A stretch of 64,000 nucleotides of DNA from Pirellulales bacterium. Lineage in GTDB: Bacteria > Planctomycetota > Planctomycetia > Pirellulales > JAICIG01. The DNA is taken from contig DATLUO010000045.1 of NCBI GenBank assembly GCA_035533075.1, forward strand, positions 161 to 64,160. Reading direction: 5' to 3'. The position numbers were made by a program, and so were the translations under genes. A model generated the notes under the pieces. It worked only from the letters and a program-made list of their open reading frames with translations. It searched no databases and was not told the DNA's origin. Every line of letters begins with the position of its first letter. Positions within the stretch are counted from its first letter, which is position 1. Shown piece by piece: positions 63,449 to 64,000 of the stretch.

Positions 63449-64000
63449 ATGACGTTTGTCGTTCCTCAAGGTTTTCGGCTGGCGGGCGTCTACGCCGGCA
63501 TCAAGCGCAACGCCGAGGCGCTCGATCTGGCACTGATCGTGTCCGACCGGCCGGCGACGGCCGCCGGCGTGTATACCCAAAACCTGGTTTTTGCCGCGCC
63601 GGTCAAGCTCGATCGGGCACGCACACCCAGCCGAAACATTCGGGCGGCGGTGGTCAATTCCGGCAACGCCAACGCTTGCACGGGCGCGCGAGGTGACGCC
63701 GATGCCGCCCGAATGGCCGAGCTTGCCTCCGCCACCTGCGGCACCACGGGCGAACAGGCGCTCGTTCTTTCGACCGGCGTCATCGGCGAGTTCTTGCCGA
63801 TGGAAAAAATCTCCGCCGGCATCGCCGCAGCCGCCGGACGGCTCGCGTCCGACGAAGCGTCGTTGGTCGCCGCCGCTCGCGGGATGATGACCACCGACAC
63901 GCGACCCAAGCTGGCGGGCCGAACGCTGTACGTGGCGGACCGAGCGGTGCAGATCACCGGGCTGGCCAAAGGGGCGGCCATGATTGGTCCGCGGATGGCG
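63449..64000 (+). CDS. argJ: bifunctional glutamate N-acetyltransferase/amino-acid acetyltransferase (5' part; runs off the window)
   Basis: My own translation: MTFVVPQGFRLAGVYAGIKRNAEALDLALIVSD...VNSGNANACTG...STGVIGEFLP...MMTTDT...GLAKGAAMIGP. These are ArgJ motifs, and no stop occurs before 64000. Confidence 0.9.
   Translation, partial: MTFVVPQGFRLAGVYAGIKRNAEALDLALIVSDRPATAAGVYTQNLVFAAPVKLDRARTPSRNIRAAVVNSGNANACTGARGDADAARMAELASATCGTTGEQALVLSTGVIGEFLPMEKISAGIAAAAGRLASDEASLVAAARGMMTTDTRPKLAGRTLYVADRAVQITGLAKGAAMIGPRMA

Overview
A 64-kb high-GC bacterial chromosomal segment. The gene content suggests Planctomycetota, probably Pirellulales-like, but this is inference only. Supporting content: a TAT-signal DUF1501 protein, two DUF1559/H-X9-DG-type domains, a BBP7-like barrel, an ECF sigma factor, a giant Ser/Thr-kinase-like protein, and many short GC-rich palindromic repeat families that become translated inside shadow ORFs. 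I call about 55 CDS, one tRNA (Cys-GCA), no rRNA and no CRISPR. Housekeeping blocks: SNF2 ATPase pair; a minus-strand run of sulfite-oxidase-like Mo enzyme, DUF1501 and apgM; trmL; korAB flanked by CBS-domain proteins; an HME-type RND pump (MFP plus CzcA-like) with a divergent TolC-like gene; an AcrAB-type RND pump; phosphoketolase; mutY; xseB-ispA-dxs; argC-argJ. Accessory or decayed material: a truncated DUF5615 partner of DUF433; a ParB-like/XRE/HdeD segment in which a 137-bp MITE with an 8-bp target duplication splits a toxin-like ORF from its XRE partner; a 5' fragment of a DevC-like permease; a lower-GC islet around tRNA-Cys with a nucleotidyltransferase pair; a DNA-methylase relic; and a two-gene HicB-like cassette between dxs and argC. 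The best candidate for an undescribed system is 18.4-27.5 kb. It holds a catalytically dead kinase-like single-pass membrane protein, then a zinc-ribbon single-pass protein with an embedded DUF1559 (Q-X9-DG) domain and similar periplasmic and STN-like modules, lying tail-to-tail (convergent) with an FHA/glycine-zipper membrane protein and a GATase1-like anchored protein. Also notable are an ECF sigma / anti-sigma-DUF1559 / amidase operon, a REP/REPIN family with a GTAG head, and a 153-nt nested-palindrome element in 4.5 copies. All family assignments come from motif recognition by eye. No searches were run.
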